From: Albugo candida
Lineage: Eukaryota
Length of the DNA stretch: 64,000 bases
Assembly: GCA_040437565.1 (NCBI GenBank)
Contig: JBDOQK010000024.1
Coordinates: forward strand, 62,001-126,000
Direction: 5' to 3'
Part shown: piece by piece, positions 11,941 to 26,592 of the stretch
Layout: each line of letters opens with the position of its first letter
Position numbering within the stretch: the stretch's first letter is position 1
Translations under genes and position numbers: made by a program
Notes under the pieces: generated by a model
Database searches by the model: none
Told to the model about the DNA's origin: nothing
What the model saw: the letters and a program-made list of their open reading frames with translations, nothing else

Positions 11941-14900
11941 GCTCTGTTGAGGAATAATGCGACGCGGTTGGAATGATTGAAAGGAAATGAGTTCTCAAAG
12001 CACCTGACAATGCGTATTGAATAACAGGAGTAATTCCTTCGAATCCGCACTGGTAGAATCACGAGATCGAATGTAAAGTTGCACTTTGCATTCTTTGGCG
12101 CGCGGTTGAACTTCAATGCACTTCAAATATCCATATTATCGGTATATCTAATGATGCATAGAAGCTGAAGATGTAATACATCGATATTCACTGCGACATC
12201 CACCTTATACAACAAAATCCGGGGCAGAATCTGTTGCGAGAAGAGGGACTGTCTACGTATATACGCTGATGCGCATACGTCGATGCCACTTTACATTCAT
12301 TAAAGAGCAGCGCCTCATGTCACGCTTTTGTGTTGCTGCGTTAGATCGAATTGTGGGTCATTCGCCCATTGACACCGTATCCAATTGGAACATTACTTTG
12401 GCAATTGCATGATCAAAATGGTCCCAGAGTCGCCGTACTTATACTAGGTGTTCTTGAGGAATTTTCTCCTGGTATTAATCCGTGAAGGTGAACGATATGC
12501 ACTGTTACAAATTCACGCACACGACAGCAGAGCACAGAATCGAAGGAAAGGAGTATGACGCATAGATCCACCTTGCCCACGCTGTTGAAAGGATAACGTG
12601 CAGATGATTGCGTTCTGATCAAGACATATCGATAAAGTGAGCAATGGATTTCGCATACTATAAAGATTCCTAAAACATCCCAAGAAGGCGAAAGCCTAAT
12701 GAGGACAATGCGTACGTCTTCTATTGAGACCATTGTAGTCAGCATAATGTCTTCTTCTCGAGGGAATTTGCAGATGCGTTCATTTTGCCAGATTGTTCCC
12801 GTGTATGGGAGACTTTCGAACACCTCCCTGTACTGGTAATGCTCCACCCATGTTATACCCGAAACTATGCGCGTTCACGAAAGGATTTCTCTCGATTTGA
12901 TACATTAGAAGACCCTCTACTATCCAAGAATGCAAAAACGCTCGGCCTATACAGCTTTTGAATGATCGCAAAGTGAGATCTTTTGTCGGAAAGTTACCAT
13001 GATGGCTTTTTAGGGAAGAGCAATCTTCTATAATTGATGACTCAATTAGGTGCAATCAATCACCCCTCAGGCAATGATTCAAATAGATCCTTCAACCAAA
13101 AGCTACGAAGGCTCACTGTGCATCTATCAAAGACGTTCGGGCGACTCTTGTCACCTCTCAAGACTGCAGTGAGTTTCAATGCATCTCAATACATAGAGAG
13201 TTTGCGCATAGCAATGAGAGAAGAAATCTCCTAATAACAGGTTGTAACGTAAGTACGATCGCCATCATGGAGCGGTATTCCTAAGAATCTCTTTGCATGC
13301 TCTATGCAAAAGGTGATCCCATGCTAATTAGAGCACACTTCGAAGACAATAGAATCACAGTGGAAGTCAAGTAAACAGCGTGTTTTTGTATGTTGAGCAC
13401 AAGGTCTTCTTTCTGATAAACAAGCAGACCCTTTGTTAGGTCTCACTTGATGATCTCTTCCACCTCGTTCAACGCTGAGTGCATATAAAGGCAAGCTCCA
13501 TACAAGGCATATGAGTCGGCTTGATCAAGTTCAGTGGACACAAGGCGTCAAATACGGACACAAATAACTCTCTTCTTATTTTCTTGTGCCTTCGACAAAA
13601 ATAGGAACCCAGAGGTTACAGATAGAGCTTCAACGTTCTCAGAGACACGTACAAGATTTTCTTCCACTGCGAGGTTTTTCATGCTCTTCCTATTTGGGTG
13701 CATACTTGTTGAAAAGTCAACAAGAAGATGCACTTCACGACTTGAATGTGGCTACTAGTATTTGTCGATTTGTCTCAGTTGCGTGGTGGAATGCACAGTA
13801 GTATTGACTGAATGATGATAAAGCTGTAGAATGATGAGGAATCATTGATGACGTCACCACACTATGTCGAGTCGATCTTGGAAATGTAAGAAAAGGAGAC
13901 CTCCAAACACTGGGGCCGTTTACATAATCGACAATCATGCTGGTTTGAAGAGTAAAGTTTTAAGGAACGATTGTTGTCTCCAGCGTCTGCTTATAATATT
14001 TTCGAGAGGAACAAACAGCTTATATTTGTGTAGCCATGTCGAGTATTCATATCTCAAAAAGCAGAGTCAGGTAAGGAATGCTCCAGCACAATCACAAATA
14101 GACCGCTTCCTTCCCGAAAACCGAGACCAGAGTCAGAAATGTGTCTTCTTACGGAAAAGTCTGACTGAAATTCTGTGCAACAATTGATACACCCAAATAG
14201 AATTCGCGCTCGTGACATCTTCATTCACGACTAGAACTGCGACATTTATCAAAGCTGCTTCTTCAGCACTTCGTGGACTCTGCATACATATTGGAGAGCA
14301 GCTGCATCGTCGTTCTGATATTTTTGGCGCACTAGCCACTACATCTCTTCTCCTCTCCGACTGCATTCCAGAATTTAATGGTCCGATCTTATGGTCGAAC
14401 GGGAAGCTTTGATGCGTAGAATATGAAACAAGATCCAAAAAAAAATGGTTCGATTAGCTTTCGTACGACTTCACGTACAAGTGCGACTTTGTGTATGTTG
14501 ACGAGCCCAGCTGATAGTAGGGATAATCTTCATCGTACCTTTGTGTTTAGATAAATACAAAGGACAGAACAATCGTGCACCCACAGCCTAATCGTGAAAG
14601 TTCCCATTACCGCAAACCATGCGCCTAATTCTTGATTACTATCGAATAGTGCCAGCGTATATCGATAATGATGACTCTCAAGTCGCGAACCGTATTGCCT
14701 TCGGTGTCGACCGTGCACGTTTACACCGAACGCCGTTCTTGATCTCAGCGCTTGTTGACTATGTTGCAATATCGAGTCGGTGCCCTCACAAAAGCTTTCC
14801 TTACATTGACCTCGGCAGTTGAGCGACGTTTTCACTCCACAAGGATGAAGAGACCAGACTTCGATATTAGCATGATATTTGGACTAGAATAAGTCTTGTT

Positions 14901-17130
14901 CTTCCATAGTAATCCCAAATGCAGTAGTCGCAATGAACAAGTATGACGTCAAGAGTCAGCTTAATAGCCGCACTATCGACTTTTCACATTAATTGTTCGT
15001 GTTCATCAGTCTTTATCACTTGGAAAATATCAAATGATAATGTTGGCAGACTTGTGGAATTTCACACAATCATCAGCCTATGCGCTAGACAGCTGTAGCG
15101 ATTTGCATAGACAATGACATAATATGCAGGAGAATGGTCAAGTAGCGCGACGTAACCTTATACAAACATAATGAACTGGTTGATGTTCGGCATTTTCCGC
15201 CAATTTAGGAGACGTATATACACTAGCACGGCAGCTAGAAGAAGAGTGTTGCCACAACGCAACATATAAATGGCACATTGCACCATGTCGTCAGCTCAGC
15301 GGTACTTGAGAAGATTTTAAAATGCGTGCATTCTACTACCGGATGCTGTAGCTTCTAGGTTTATACGTAAAGCATGCTCGTGCACACCCTTCTGCCCCAT
15401 TTATCTGCCAATGTGCTTTCGTACGTACTGGGAATTGCAGAAAGCNNNNNNNNNNNNNNNNNNNNNNNNNNNNNNNNNNNNNNNNNNNNNNNNNNNNNNN
15501 NNNNNNNNNNNNNNNNNNNNNNNNNNNNNNNNNNNNNNNNNNNNNATAATATTTTCGAGAGGAACAAACAGCTTATATTTGTGTAGCCATGTCGAGTATT
15601 CATATCTCAAAAAGCAGAGTCAGGTAAGGAATGCTCCAGCACAATCACAAATAGACCGCTTCCTTCCCGAAAACCGAGACCAGAGTCAGAAATGTGTCTT
15701 CTTACGGAAAAGTCTGACTGAAATTCTGTGCAACAATTGATACACCCAAATAGAATTCGCGCTCGTGACATCTTCATTCACGACTAGAACTGCGACATTT
15801 ATCAAAGCTGCTTCTTCAGCACTTCGTGGACTCTGCATACATATTGGAGAGCAGCTGCATCGTCGTTCTGATATTTTTGGCGCACTAGCCACTACATCTC
15901 TTCTCCTCTCCGACTGCATTCCAGAATTTAATGGTCCGATCTTATGGTCGAACGGGAAGCTTTGATGCGTAGAATATGAAACAAGATCCAAAAAAAAATG
16001 GTTCGATTAGCTTTCGTACGACTTCACGTACAAGTGCGACTTTGTGTATGTTGACGAGCCCAGCTGATAGTAGGGATAATCTTCATCGTACCTTTGTGTT
16101 TAGATAAATACAAAGGACAGAACAATCGTGCACCCACAGCCTAATCGTGAAAGTTCCCATTACCGCAAACCATGCGCCTAATTCTTGATTACTATCGAAT
16201 AGTGCCAGCGTATATCGATAATGATGACTCTCAAGTCGCGAACCGTATTGCCTTCGGTGTCGACCGTGCACGTTTACACCGAACGCCGTTCTTGATCTCA
16301 GCGCTTGTTGACTATGTTGCAATATCGAGTCGGTGCCCTCACAAAAGCTTTCCTTACATTGACCTCGGCAGTTGAGCGACGTTTTCACTCCACAAGGATG
16401 AAGAGACCAGACTTCGATATTAGCATGATATTTGGACTAGAATAAGTCTTGTTCTTCCATAGTAATCCCAAATGCAGTAGTCGCAATGAACAAGTATGAC
16501 GTCAAGAGTCAGCTTAATAGCCGCACTATCGACTTTTCACATTAATTGTTCGTGTTCATCAGTCTTTATCACTTGGAAAATATCAAATGATAATGTTGGC
16601 AGACTTGTGGAATTTCACACAATCATCAGCCTATGCGCTAGACAGCTGTAGCGATTTGCATAGACAATGACATAATATGCAGGAGAATGGTCAAGTAGCG
16701 CGACGTAACCTTATACAAACATAATGAACTGGTTGATGTTCGGCATTTTCCGCCAATTTAGGAGACGTATATACACTAGCACGGCAGCTAGAAGAAGAGT
16801 GTTGCCACAACGCAACATATAAATGGCACATTGCACCATGTCGTCAGCTCAGCGGTACTTGAGAAGATTTTAAAATGCGTGCATTCTACTACCGGATGCT
16901 GTAGCTTCTAGGTTTATACGTAAAGCATGCTCGTGCACACCCTTCTGCCCCATTTATCTGCCAATGTGCTTTCGTACGTACTGGGAATTGCAGAAAGCAC
17001 GCTTTCGTGCTAGCGAATTACTGCACCCGTGTCAGCTTTCTAGGTACAGCACAATTTATCAAGTCAAACACACGCCGTTCTGTACTCTGAAATTGTATCA
17101 GTTGTGTATATTCGACGAAGCTCTCAAAAG

Positions 17131-18218
17131 GTGAAAGCCATGTTCTTGAAAACATACGCTCTTCTTGTGCTCGGGGTATTACCAGCACCCCAACATTTTG
17201 TGGTCGCTACATTAGATTCGACCGTGGATATCATCCTTATGGAGGTTGAATATGTCAATCGTTTGCATGATTCGAATTCGATTGAAGAAGGTAAGCAGTA
17301 TTTTGTCTCGATAAACTCTCGTCATACCAGGGAAGCAAACATGGTAACTACCTCAAAGAAAGCATTCCAAGGGTCATTGAACAGCGTTGCGTATTTGTTG
17401 GACATTGGTTCGGCAAGCGATAAGTATGAGAACCGAATAAAAGAAGGGAATGAAAAATTACCCAAAAGTCTGCTAGAAAACCCAGATCATATAATTCGAC
17501 TTTCGGATCAACTTCGAATGGAAAAAAGGATATGTGGTCTTTGGAGAAAGTGTCCGCGAACATCAACTTTGATCATTATGTCACCGACTGGCATTAGGAT
17601 GGAGAGTCTCTTATGAAGTGGCATCCAACGTATACTGCTATATATTACAATTCTATTTTTTATGGACCGTAAAGCTTACGTGAAAAGACATACCGGATAT
17701 TATACTCATATGCGGACACCGGAAGAGCATTATGTAATCGAGTTCGGACTACCGAAAAATCGGCCTAAAATTTCTGTCTACTCTCGCGAGTTAGTAAAAA
17801 CGGATGTGAAGCTCGTCACGATTGATCTTGGTCGGAAAAATACGCGATTGGATATGTCTGAAGATTATATCAGTGTTCCAAAAGACGTCAATACGGAGGT
17901 CAAACGTTCCTCAATCAGAACAGTGTTGTGGAAGTAAGAGATGGAACTGGCCTTGGAGGACTTTGTTCCAGTACTGCTACCATGGACGCACCCTATTATG
18001 AAGAACTCACTTTTACCTTCACGTTACTCCGACGTACCATTTTCACGATCGATCCTCATGTATACATCAGAAATGGAAAACCTTGTACTTTCTTGATTGT
18101 ACAATCAACGGATGATTCCTTTGTAGTGCGAATTCCAGTATTGAAGGCTACGAGTACCATCATTCGCAACAGTAAGGGATATGTACAATCCGCCATTTGC
18201 CCTCGTACATCCAATTAG
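17131..18218 (+). pseudogene. Secreted family pseudogene, copy 4 (frameshifted over three ORFs)
   Basis: GTG-AAA-GCC-ATG start giving (V)KAMFLKTYALLVLGVLPAPQHFVVA. Downstream frames give KAYVKRHTGYY, TRLDMSEDYISVP, IDPHVYI and STDDSFVVRIPVLK. Confidence 0.85.
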
Positions 18219-21200
18219 CAAATTTCTTAAAAAATCCTTCAAGTCATCAGCATGTTACAAAGCTTTAACACGAGACGCAGCGGTTGATTTATGGATAATA
18301 TCAATGCCCAAGATGCATCGTAAGACTAATTTGATTGCACTCTATCATGAATTACTCAGCTACTACTTGGAACAGTAGTAGCGAAAGCACATAATTGGAG
18401 ACCGCCTACGTTTTATCAGTGATTCAGATAGCCAATGCTCTGGCAAAGCTATTTGAGAAATTCAAACTTCTGAACCCGATGCACGCAACATACGTCGACA
18501 CGAAATAATTTGCTGTCTTAATTCTCGAAAACGAGAAGGGTGAAACGTAAAATTACGTGCTGTCCAAACTCCAACACAAATTGAGTTCACTCGAGTCATA
18601 TGAAGCCACTCGCAAATTTAGCTGCGCATACCTGATAATGATCTGGTTCATCAATGATTCGAACGACAGTTAACAGTCCATGATAGCCAAGACCAATTGC
18701 TTAATGCACCATGCGTTCCGGCATAAAAGTAGGTTCCAGGTCCACCAAGGCACATCAATCGGCGTAACGAATGGTGGCATCACACAGCCGGGGTAATTGA
18801 AGCAAACAACGTCGCAATATCCGCATCGAGGGATGACAATAGACTGCTAGAAGCCATATTTGCTACACAATGATTACGTGGCTGACACCAAACGATTTCT
18901 GTAATAACTACAGTAATGAATCGGACTAGTTTCGTGATACTCGGAAATAACGCAAGCTAACTTGTCTTTCGAAAGACAATGAATGAATCTTTAGAAAATC
19001 GCGGTCGCCGACAGCCCGGTCATAAGACATTTGTAGAAATCTTCATCTCTTTGATCAGAGATGCAACGGTGCAAACAAATAAGCGCCAACAACTTTCCAC
19101 CGAATGAATGATGATAGGCTCGTACAACGAGTCGGTATGTTCCGATGGATTTTGGCATGGGAACCAAAAGTAATATACCAGTGTTACAAATAGAAGTAGC
19201 ACGCATGGTGGAATANNNNNNNNNNNNNNNNNNNNNNNNNNNNNNNNNNNNNNNNNNNNNNNNNNNNNNNNNNNNNNNNNNNNNNNNNNNNNNNNNNNNN
19301 NNNNNNNNNNNNNNNTGAATGAATCTTTAGAAAATCGCGGTCGCCGACAGCCCGGTCATAAGACATTTGTAGAAATCTTCATCTCTTTGATCAGAGATGC
19401 AACGGTGCAAACAAATAAGCGCCAACAACTTTCCACCGAATGAATGATGATAGGCTCGTACAACGAGTCGGTATGTTCCGATGGATTTTGGCATGGGAAC
19501 CAAAAGTAATATACCAGTGTTACAAATAGAAGTAGCACGCATGGTGGAATATTTGCATCGCTATTGTCATCAAGCCTGGTGAATAGAGTACACGTAAAAG
19601 ATTAAAATTGCTTCATTTCACTATGAGCGCCCATAGCGGTATGACACTTCGGGATCATTTTTTTTCGTTTGCTTTTCTTTTTACGATTAAAAGTACCGAG
19701 ACTAATTTGGTACTTGCAGTCTCTCTGTTGATTTTGTCCACCCTTAGCCATCAATATTTTGCTGACCTCTGTAATTTTTGCAATGCCTATATTGCGAAAG
19801 CTATTTCGTCGATGCTAGATTCTCCCTCTTAACTCAAAACATGTGTCAAGTTCGTGAGCGCTACGATCCGCATCTTGAAGCACCAGCCCTATCGTGCGCT
19901 CAAACACGCACATTGTTGAGAACTTTTTCTTGTGGGTATTAACATAAAGGAGCCTTATCTACAATATCCGTGATCGGGTACTATCGAACATCGTTCGTCC
20001 GAGCATTCACGCAACTACATTGCTACATAATATCAAAAAATACAGGAATCTGTGATATATAGGCTTAACAATCAAAAGCTTGATCAGTTGAACAGGTTGA
20101 AAAGCAAATAAAGCCAATATTGGTGTAAAAAACGTAAGTGACTCCATGGTACTTGATTCCAACAATTTAGCTTGTGAAGTTTGTCATTTGGAGCTGCAAG
20201 AGCGGCCGAAACGATGTAGCGAGAATTTAATGCTTCGTTACACTCAAACATGTTTGCGTTGTCCCATAATCTTTCCAATGCGGATAGCGAGTGCATTTAT
20301 GAAAGAAGAGCACAGCTTGAGACATGGCATGCAACATAATTAGACTCAGGTTATTAATGGGAAATATTGTCTACATAGCCATGGTGATATAGCTATACAT
20401 ATGAATGAAACAGGTAGATAGATTCTCTCGTGACTCAAGTCTAATAGCTCTGTCGGTAGGTCGCTCATGACGTTGTTTTTTTTTTTATTTTCTACGGTAT
20501 CCAAGCAGCGTAATGACCCGCAATTCATGCCACGAATCTACATTGAACTTACGGTGGAAATTCTAATTTGTCCATCTATAAATAATAAAACCACTATGAT
20601 GCCAAGAATTGGTCTTTGAGCTGCCATGCAAATCAATAAAGGCGATGAAGTCATATCTCAGAAATGCTACGTTGCAAATTGAAGCGTAGCATTGAGGTTC
20701 AGCTATCGAGAGTTAAAGAAGTAGCTGTTCGAATATAGCGATGATTGCTACCGCTGATTCACACATCGCTTTAATTCTGATGCGTTTCAAAGTTACTGCT
20801 TTCTTCTGGACTGGTACTACTAGCAATGTACATTTATGATGAATCAAATGTAAGTCGGGGTCATGTATGCATTTTACTTTTAAAAAACTTGAAGAAGTAA
20901 CAAGCTTTTTCTATTGGGGTCTTTAGTGGTGGATGAATCAAAAAGATGTGGTAGCGGGTAGCGTGTAATGTGTGGAAAAGCCAGATATCTTAATGCTTTC
21001 GAGTAGCTTCCAATGATGCAAAATTACTCTTGATAATTACAATGAATTTCACCCAGCTTAAGGCAAAATCTCTATTGATATCCTCAAGCCGCTATACCAT
21101 GATGGAATGGAATGGCTCATATAGATGGCGGAAGCAAAGCAAATGGCTTCCACTGACAAGGATAAATTATCTAAATTCATCGACCAACATGCCCGATTCT

Positions 21201-24200
21201 CTATTTTTCTTACGATTTCATAGCAACCCTGATATTCGCTTCCCAATGTTGAGAGCGCAACCTTGATAATCGGTAATGGCATTCTGAGCGCGATTCTTGA
21301 TTATGATTGCACCTCGTTTAGTCTTATAGCAACCACATCTCAGAAAAACGGAAGAATATAAAAAGGATCTTTTACGTGCTTTATACATCGGCAGCGTATA
21401 ATCTTCGTCAAACGCAACTGGAAAGAATTGGTTTACGATGAGGTACGATTTTTCAGTCAGACAGAACGATTCCGTGTTAAATATACTTGATGTCAGGCGC
21501 TTCGGTCTATCTAAATAGCGCTTCCAATGGAAATTCCGCACCTAATGCTGCTCACCTTTATCAGACTGATACTGAAATGAAGCTATAGCATGAAAGATTG
21601 ACTTCTCAGATTTCATTGATCTCTGGAAAGACGTTAATTCCCAGAGTAATAGCATTTTGATGCATTGTTTCAGCTCGAAGAAAGATCTGCTTTCTACATT
21701 CAACCTATTAAAGAATCTCTTCTTGTATTCTTTTCTTCTCACCTCGTCTAAAGTGGTCTTGCTTCACGTTATTGAAAATCCTCTCTCCTCAAACAACAGG
21801 ATGAGCATTCCGGGTCGTTCTTGCACAACGTATATACTGGTAGCGATATGGACGGATGGAGTGAGCCAATTGCACGTTGGAACCTACGTAGCTACGCGCA
21901 GCGCTAATATTCGGTTTCTTACGACACGGATATAATCACGAGTAAAGCCTTCAGCAGGAACATTTTACTAACATTCTTTCACAATCCGACCAGCTTAGAT
22001 ACATTTTCCAATTAGCCTACCCTGCATACGAAAGTGCGCGATAAGATTAGATTTGACCATTTCTAATTTCCCGGGCGTTTGGAAGATCTAGGGGTCACTC
22101 GCCACACTAGCCTTGTACCTTCAAATCTTCTCCAGAAGAGAGCTACAAGCTAGTATCGATGCATTAGTATTCTAAATGTAAATCTAGGAATATCAGAGAC
22201 ATAATGATGGTAAGGGATGCTTAAGACTAGCAATTCGATGCAGAAAATCAAGACTCGGCTCTTTGTTTGCGAAGGGTACAGTCAACAAAATGGTTTCAAG
22301 CACTTTTACCATGATGGCCGTTCATAGCGAAATGAAGCAATCATATTCCCTAATTGTGCTCAATTAGTAGGCTTTATGGTGACAGATCCTGCAAACTTTC
22401 CACGACTCGTGTTACTTCTTTATACAACATTGCGATATCTCTTTCGGCTGCATGAAGACAACTCCACTTCAGCATCTCGACTTGCTTCTCTTCTTTATGC
22501 CATTGCGCTTACTATATTGATACTATGCACCAACTGACTGGCAATCTACCAATCTCCGAAAAAGCCAGGGACCGANNNNNNNNNNNNNNNNNNNNNNNNN
22601 NNNNNNNNNNNNNNNNNNNNNNNNNNNNNNNNNNNNNNNNNNNNNNNNNNNNNNNNNNNNNNNNNNNNNNNNNNNCTCTTCTTGTATTCTTTTCTTCTCA
22701 CCTCGTCTAAAGTGGTCTTGCTTCACGTTATTGAAAATCCTCTCTCCTCAAACAACAGGATGAGCATTCCGGGTCGTTCTTGCACAACGTATATACTGGT
22801 AGCGATATGGACGGATGGAGTGAGCCAATTGCACGTTGGAACCTACGTAGCTACGCGCAGCGCTAATATTCGGTTTCTTACGACACGGATATAATCACGA
22901 GTAAAGCCTTCAGCAGGAACATTTTACTAACATTCTTTCACAATCCGACCAGCTTAGATACATTTTCCAATTAGCCTACCCTGCATACGAAAGTGCGCGA
23001 TAAGATTAGATTTGACCATTTCTAATTTCCCGGGCGTTTGGAAGATCTAGGGGTCACTCGCCACACTAGCCTTGTACCTTCAAATCTTCTCCAGAAGAGA
23101 GCTACAAGCTAGTATCGATGCATTAGTATTCTAAATGTAAATCTAGGAATATCAGAGACATAATGATGGTAAGGGATGCTTAAGACTAGCAATTCGATGC
23201 AGAAAATCAAGACTCGGCTCTTTGTTTGCGAAGGGTACAGTCAACAAAATGGTTTCAAGCACTTTTACCATGATGGCCGTTCATAGCGAAATGAAGCAAT
23301 CATATTCCCTAATTGTGCTCAATTAGTAGGCTTTATGGTGACAGATCCTGCAAACTTTCCACGACTCGTGTTACTTCTTTATACAACATTGCGATATCTC
23401 TTTCGGCTGCATGAAGACAACTCCACTTCAGCATCTCGACTTGCTTCTCTTCTTTATGCCATTGCGCTTACTATATTGATACTATGCACCAACTGACTGG
23501 CAATCTACCAATCTCCGAAAAAGCCAGGGACCGATGAAGTTCGGACGCTCCCACTCTATACAACTTTGCTCTAATCGAATTTATCGCTGAATATAGATTT
23601 TCCTACTTTACCGAGATAACGATTTCCAAAAGTATGATAACTCGGGGTTCTGGCGGTCGTTCGTCTTATCTAGGCATCTTTGTGGAAGTGGAGGCTGAGC
23701 TGCTAACATCGAGCGTGATTGCACCGACAAATAGCTATTCGTGTTGAAAAAGAATCTAACAGTCTATCCTTCATCCTTCATTCGACTTTCCCCGTCCTTA
23801 TAACGCGGCTTCGCGATGCTTAATTGAGTTGCCTGGGATTCAATGCGCTTGGTCAATCAGGTACATACTTTTTCCTCTAACGCGTGGTTCATACACCAAA
23901 TTATCTTGGCAGTCCTAAACATTGAATGACGTCCGAAATAGTAATGAACTGCTATGAGAAATGGACAGCACACAATTTAAGTCTCGACCACTACATTACC
24001 AGAATGTAAGATAACAGAAAAGTCGTGTCGCTGCACGTTGAAGCCTCGACCAAGCAATGAAGTAAACCACGAGGGAATGAAGACCACCAGTGTCATGGAC
24101 CTTATTTGGCGAGGAATCCTCACCTACACGTGACCGCCGGCTAAAACTAATCATTCTTGTTTCAGAAAACAATCGAATCAAAATCTTGTAATTCATCTTT

Positions 24201-24210
24201 TGTATTGATC

Positions 24211-25341
24211 TTATCGCCCTTGACGAACTCGTTTCTTAGGTGATTGTCTGGGCGTACGGTAAGTCAACTTACCTCCGCTGTTCTCTACGACGATAGTGAG
24301 AGCTTTCAATAATGGAGTGCCCAGTATAAATGTCTCATCTTCACATTCTTCAATTGGGATAATACAGAATTCACCACACATGATAATGTATGCAGCGAGA
24401 TCGATCTCTAATAAAAAAAAATTGGGGTTGCGAAGCTGTAGTGTAGTTATGTGAATAGAATTAGAGTTTTTTTGGAGGGAGTTGAAATTGGAGCGGTCTC
24501 CTCTGAACTGAGCGCGCTCATTTCCATTTGATACTGTCGCAAAACCATGCTTCAAGAAAATAGATTTGACGGTTTTATAGTATGATGATGGAATCCTGAT
24601 AGCTTCTATGTCAAAATCTATTCGCACTCTTTTGCGGACGATGTTTCCGGCAAACATCACACCCAATAATTCATCTTGCTCTATTTCAACTAGGTCTACC
24701 AGGGTAATTTCTGGGGGTCCAAAATTGATTACGTAGCCTTGTTTTGCTGTCCACTTATAAGCATAAACTCCTTGATGCTTTTTCACGTAAGCCTGACCAT
24801 TCATCATTATTTTCGAATCGGAAGCATACAGCAGTTCACTTTGAATCCATCTTATTAAAGACCCTCCATTCATTTCCCAGTGTGCTGTATATGAATGAAA
24901 GCCGACCATTACCGCCTTAGAAGAAAATGGCAGTTCCCACAACTCATTTTTGTCTTCTGAAACTTGTCTTGAGTGTTCAGTTGACAAATATGAATTGTGC
25001 ATCAGACTTTTGGATGGCCCGGCTCCATCTCCACTTCGTGAGCTATGATTATAACGACTTCTCGAAACAGACCCTTTCAGCTTTGAAAATGCTTTGCTTA
25101 GAGGTTTAAGCTTCTGCTTTGTTGTTACTGCCACCTTTTCGAGCATGCTAGAACAAGAGGAAATCGAGACAGCATACTTCTCATCCAGAACGATCGATTC
25201 AAGCAACAAACGGCCATTCTTGTGGTCGACTTTCGGGTTTATATAAACTCCCAATCCTATTCCAGCGGCCACTACGTGACGGATTGCTGGTACCATACCA
25301 AGCACGAGAAGAGCGTACGTTTTCAGTGCGAAGGCTTTCAT
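24211..25341 (-). CDS. Secreted family protein, copy 5 (376 aa); putative dead pepsin-fold protein
   Basis: Intact ORF with signal-peptide-like N-terminus. Motifs YAVSISSCSSML, RVRIDFDIEAIRIP, IDLAAYII...FCIIPIE and FILGTPLLKALTIVVEN; basic C-terminal tail (PKKRVR). Confidence 0.9.
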   Translation of the reverse strand: MKAFALKTYALLVLGMVPAIRHVVAAGIGLGVYINPKVDHKNGRLLLESIVLDEKYAVSISSCSSMLEKVAVTTKQKLKPLSKAFSKLKGSVSRSRYNHSSRSGDGAGPSKSLMHNSYLSTEHSRQVSEDKNELWELPFSSKAVMVGFHSYTAHWEMNGGSLIRWIQSELLYASDSKIMMNGQAYVKKHQGVYAYKWTAKQGYVINFGPPEITLVDLVEIEQDELLGVMFAGNIVRKRVRIDFDIEAIRIPSSYYKTVKSIFLKHGFATVSNGNERAQFRGDRSNFNSLQKNSNSIHITTLQLRNPNFFLLEIDLAAYIIMCGEFCIIPIEECEDETFILGTPLLKALTIVVENSGGKLTYRTPRQSPKKRVRQGR

Positions 25342-25841
25342 AGTGTGTGCTTTTAGTGGATTTTTTTATAATGATGGATGTTCAGGATGATAAAGGTCAT
25401 ATACCTTAGCCCGCATTATCATGCTTTAGCTAGAATCCTAGCCATTGGATGCGTTCAATATTATTTACAGTATATGCATTTTTTGCACATATGGAAGTGC
25501 CCCGTTTGTACGAACAGGGCAGAAAGACGTGCAGGAGCATTATGTATCTCATTCCGCCAACTCATGCGTGCAATATTATCAAATGCATGCTTTCTGCATT
25601 CTTTATATGTACGGGAGCACATCATTTATAGTTAAAAAACGCGAGAAGGACTTGCGGTAGCATCGTGTATCCCATTCCACCAGCTTATGCGTGCAATATT
25701 ATCAAATGCATAAAGCAGAAGGATGTGGGGGAGCATGCTTANNNNNNNNNNNNNNNNNNNNNNNNNNNNNNNNNNNNNNNNNNNNNNNNNNNNNNNNNNN
25801 NNNNNNNNNNNNNNNNNNNNNNNNNNNNNNNNNNNNNNNNN

Positions 25842-26592
25842 TGAATTGTGCATCAGACTTTTGGATGGCCCGGCTCCATCTCCACTTCGTGAGCTATGAT
25901 TATAACGACTTCTCGAAACAGACCCTTTCAGCTTTGAAAATGCTTTGCTTAGAGGTTTAAGCTTCTGCTTTGTTGTTACTGCCACCTTTTCGAGCATGCT
26001 AGAACAAGAGGAAATCGAGACAGCATACTTCTCATCCAGAACGATCGATTCAAGCAACAAACGGCCATTCTTGTGGTCGACTTTCGGGTTTATATAAACT
26101 CCCAATCCTATTCCAGCGGCCACTACGTGACGGATTGCTGGTACCATACCAAGCACGAGAAGAGCGTACGTTTTCAGTGCGAAGGCTTTCATAGTGTGTG
26201 CTTTTAGTGGATTTTTTTATAATGATGGATGTTCAGGATGATAAAGGTCATATACCTTAGCCCGCATTATCATGCTTTAGCTAGAATCCTAGCCATTGGA
26301 TGCGTTCAATATTATTTACAGTATATGCATTTTTTGCACATATGGAAGTGCCCCGTTTGTACGAACAGGGCAGAAAGACGTGCAGGAGCATTATGTATCT
26401 CATTCCGCCAACTCATGCGTGCAATATTATCAAATGCATGCTTTCTGCATTCTTTATATGTACGGGAGCACATCATTTATAGTTAAAAAACGCGAGAAGG
26501 ACTTGCGGTAGCATCGTGTATCCCATTCCACCAGCTTATGCGTGCAATATTATCAAATGCATAAAGCAGAAGGATGTGGGGGAGCATGCTTA
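25842..26592 (-). other. Gap-flanking exact duplicate of ~24991-25741 (artefactual second 5' end of copy 5)
   Basis: Identical sequence resumes after a 100-N gap. Confidence 0.85.

Noticed and set aside
12400-13760. Protein-like minus-strand fragments (also ~9000-10450, and plus-strand ~28400-29100)
   Set aside because: Possibly decayed or spliced genes, but I recognised no motif and could not support a call.
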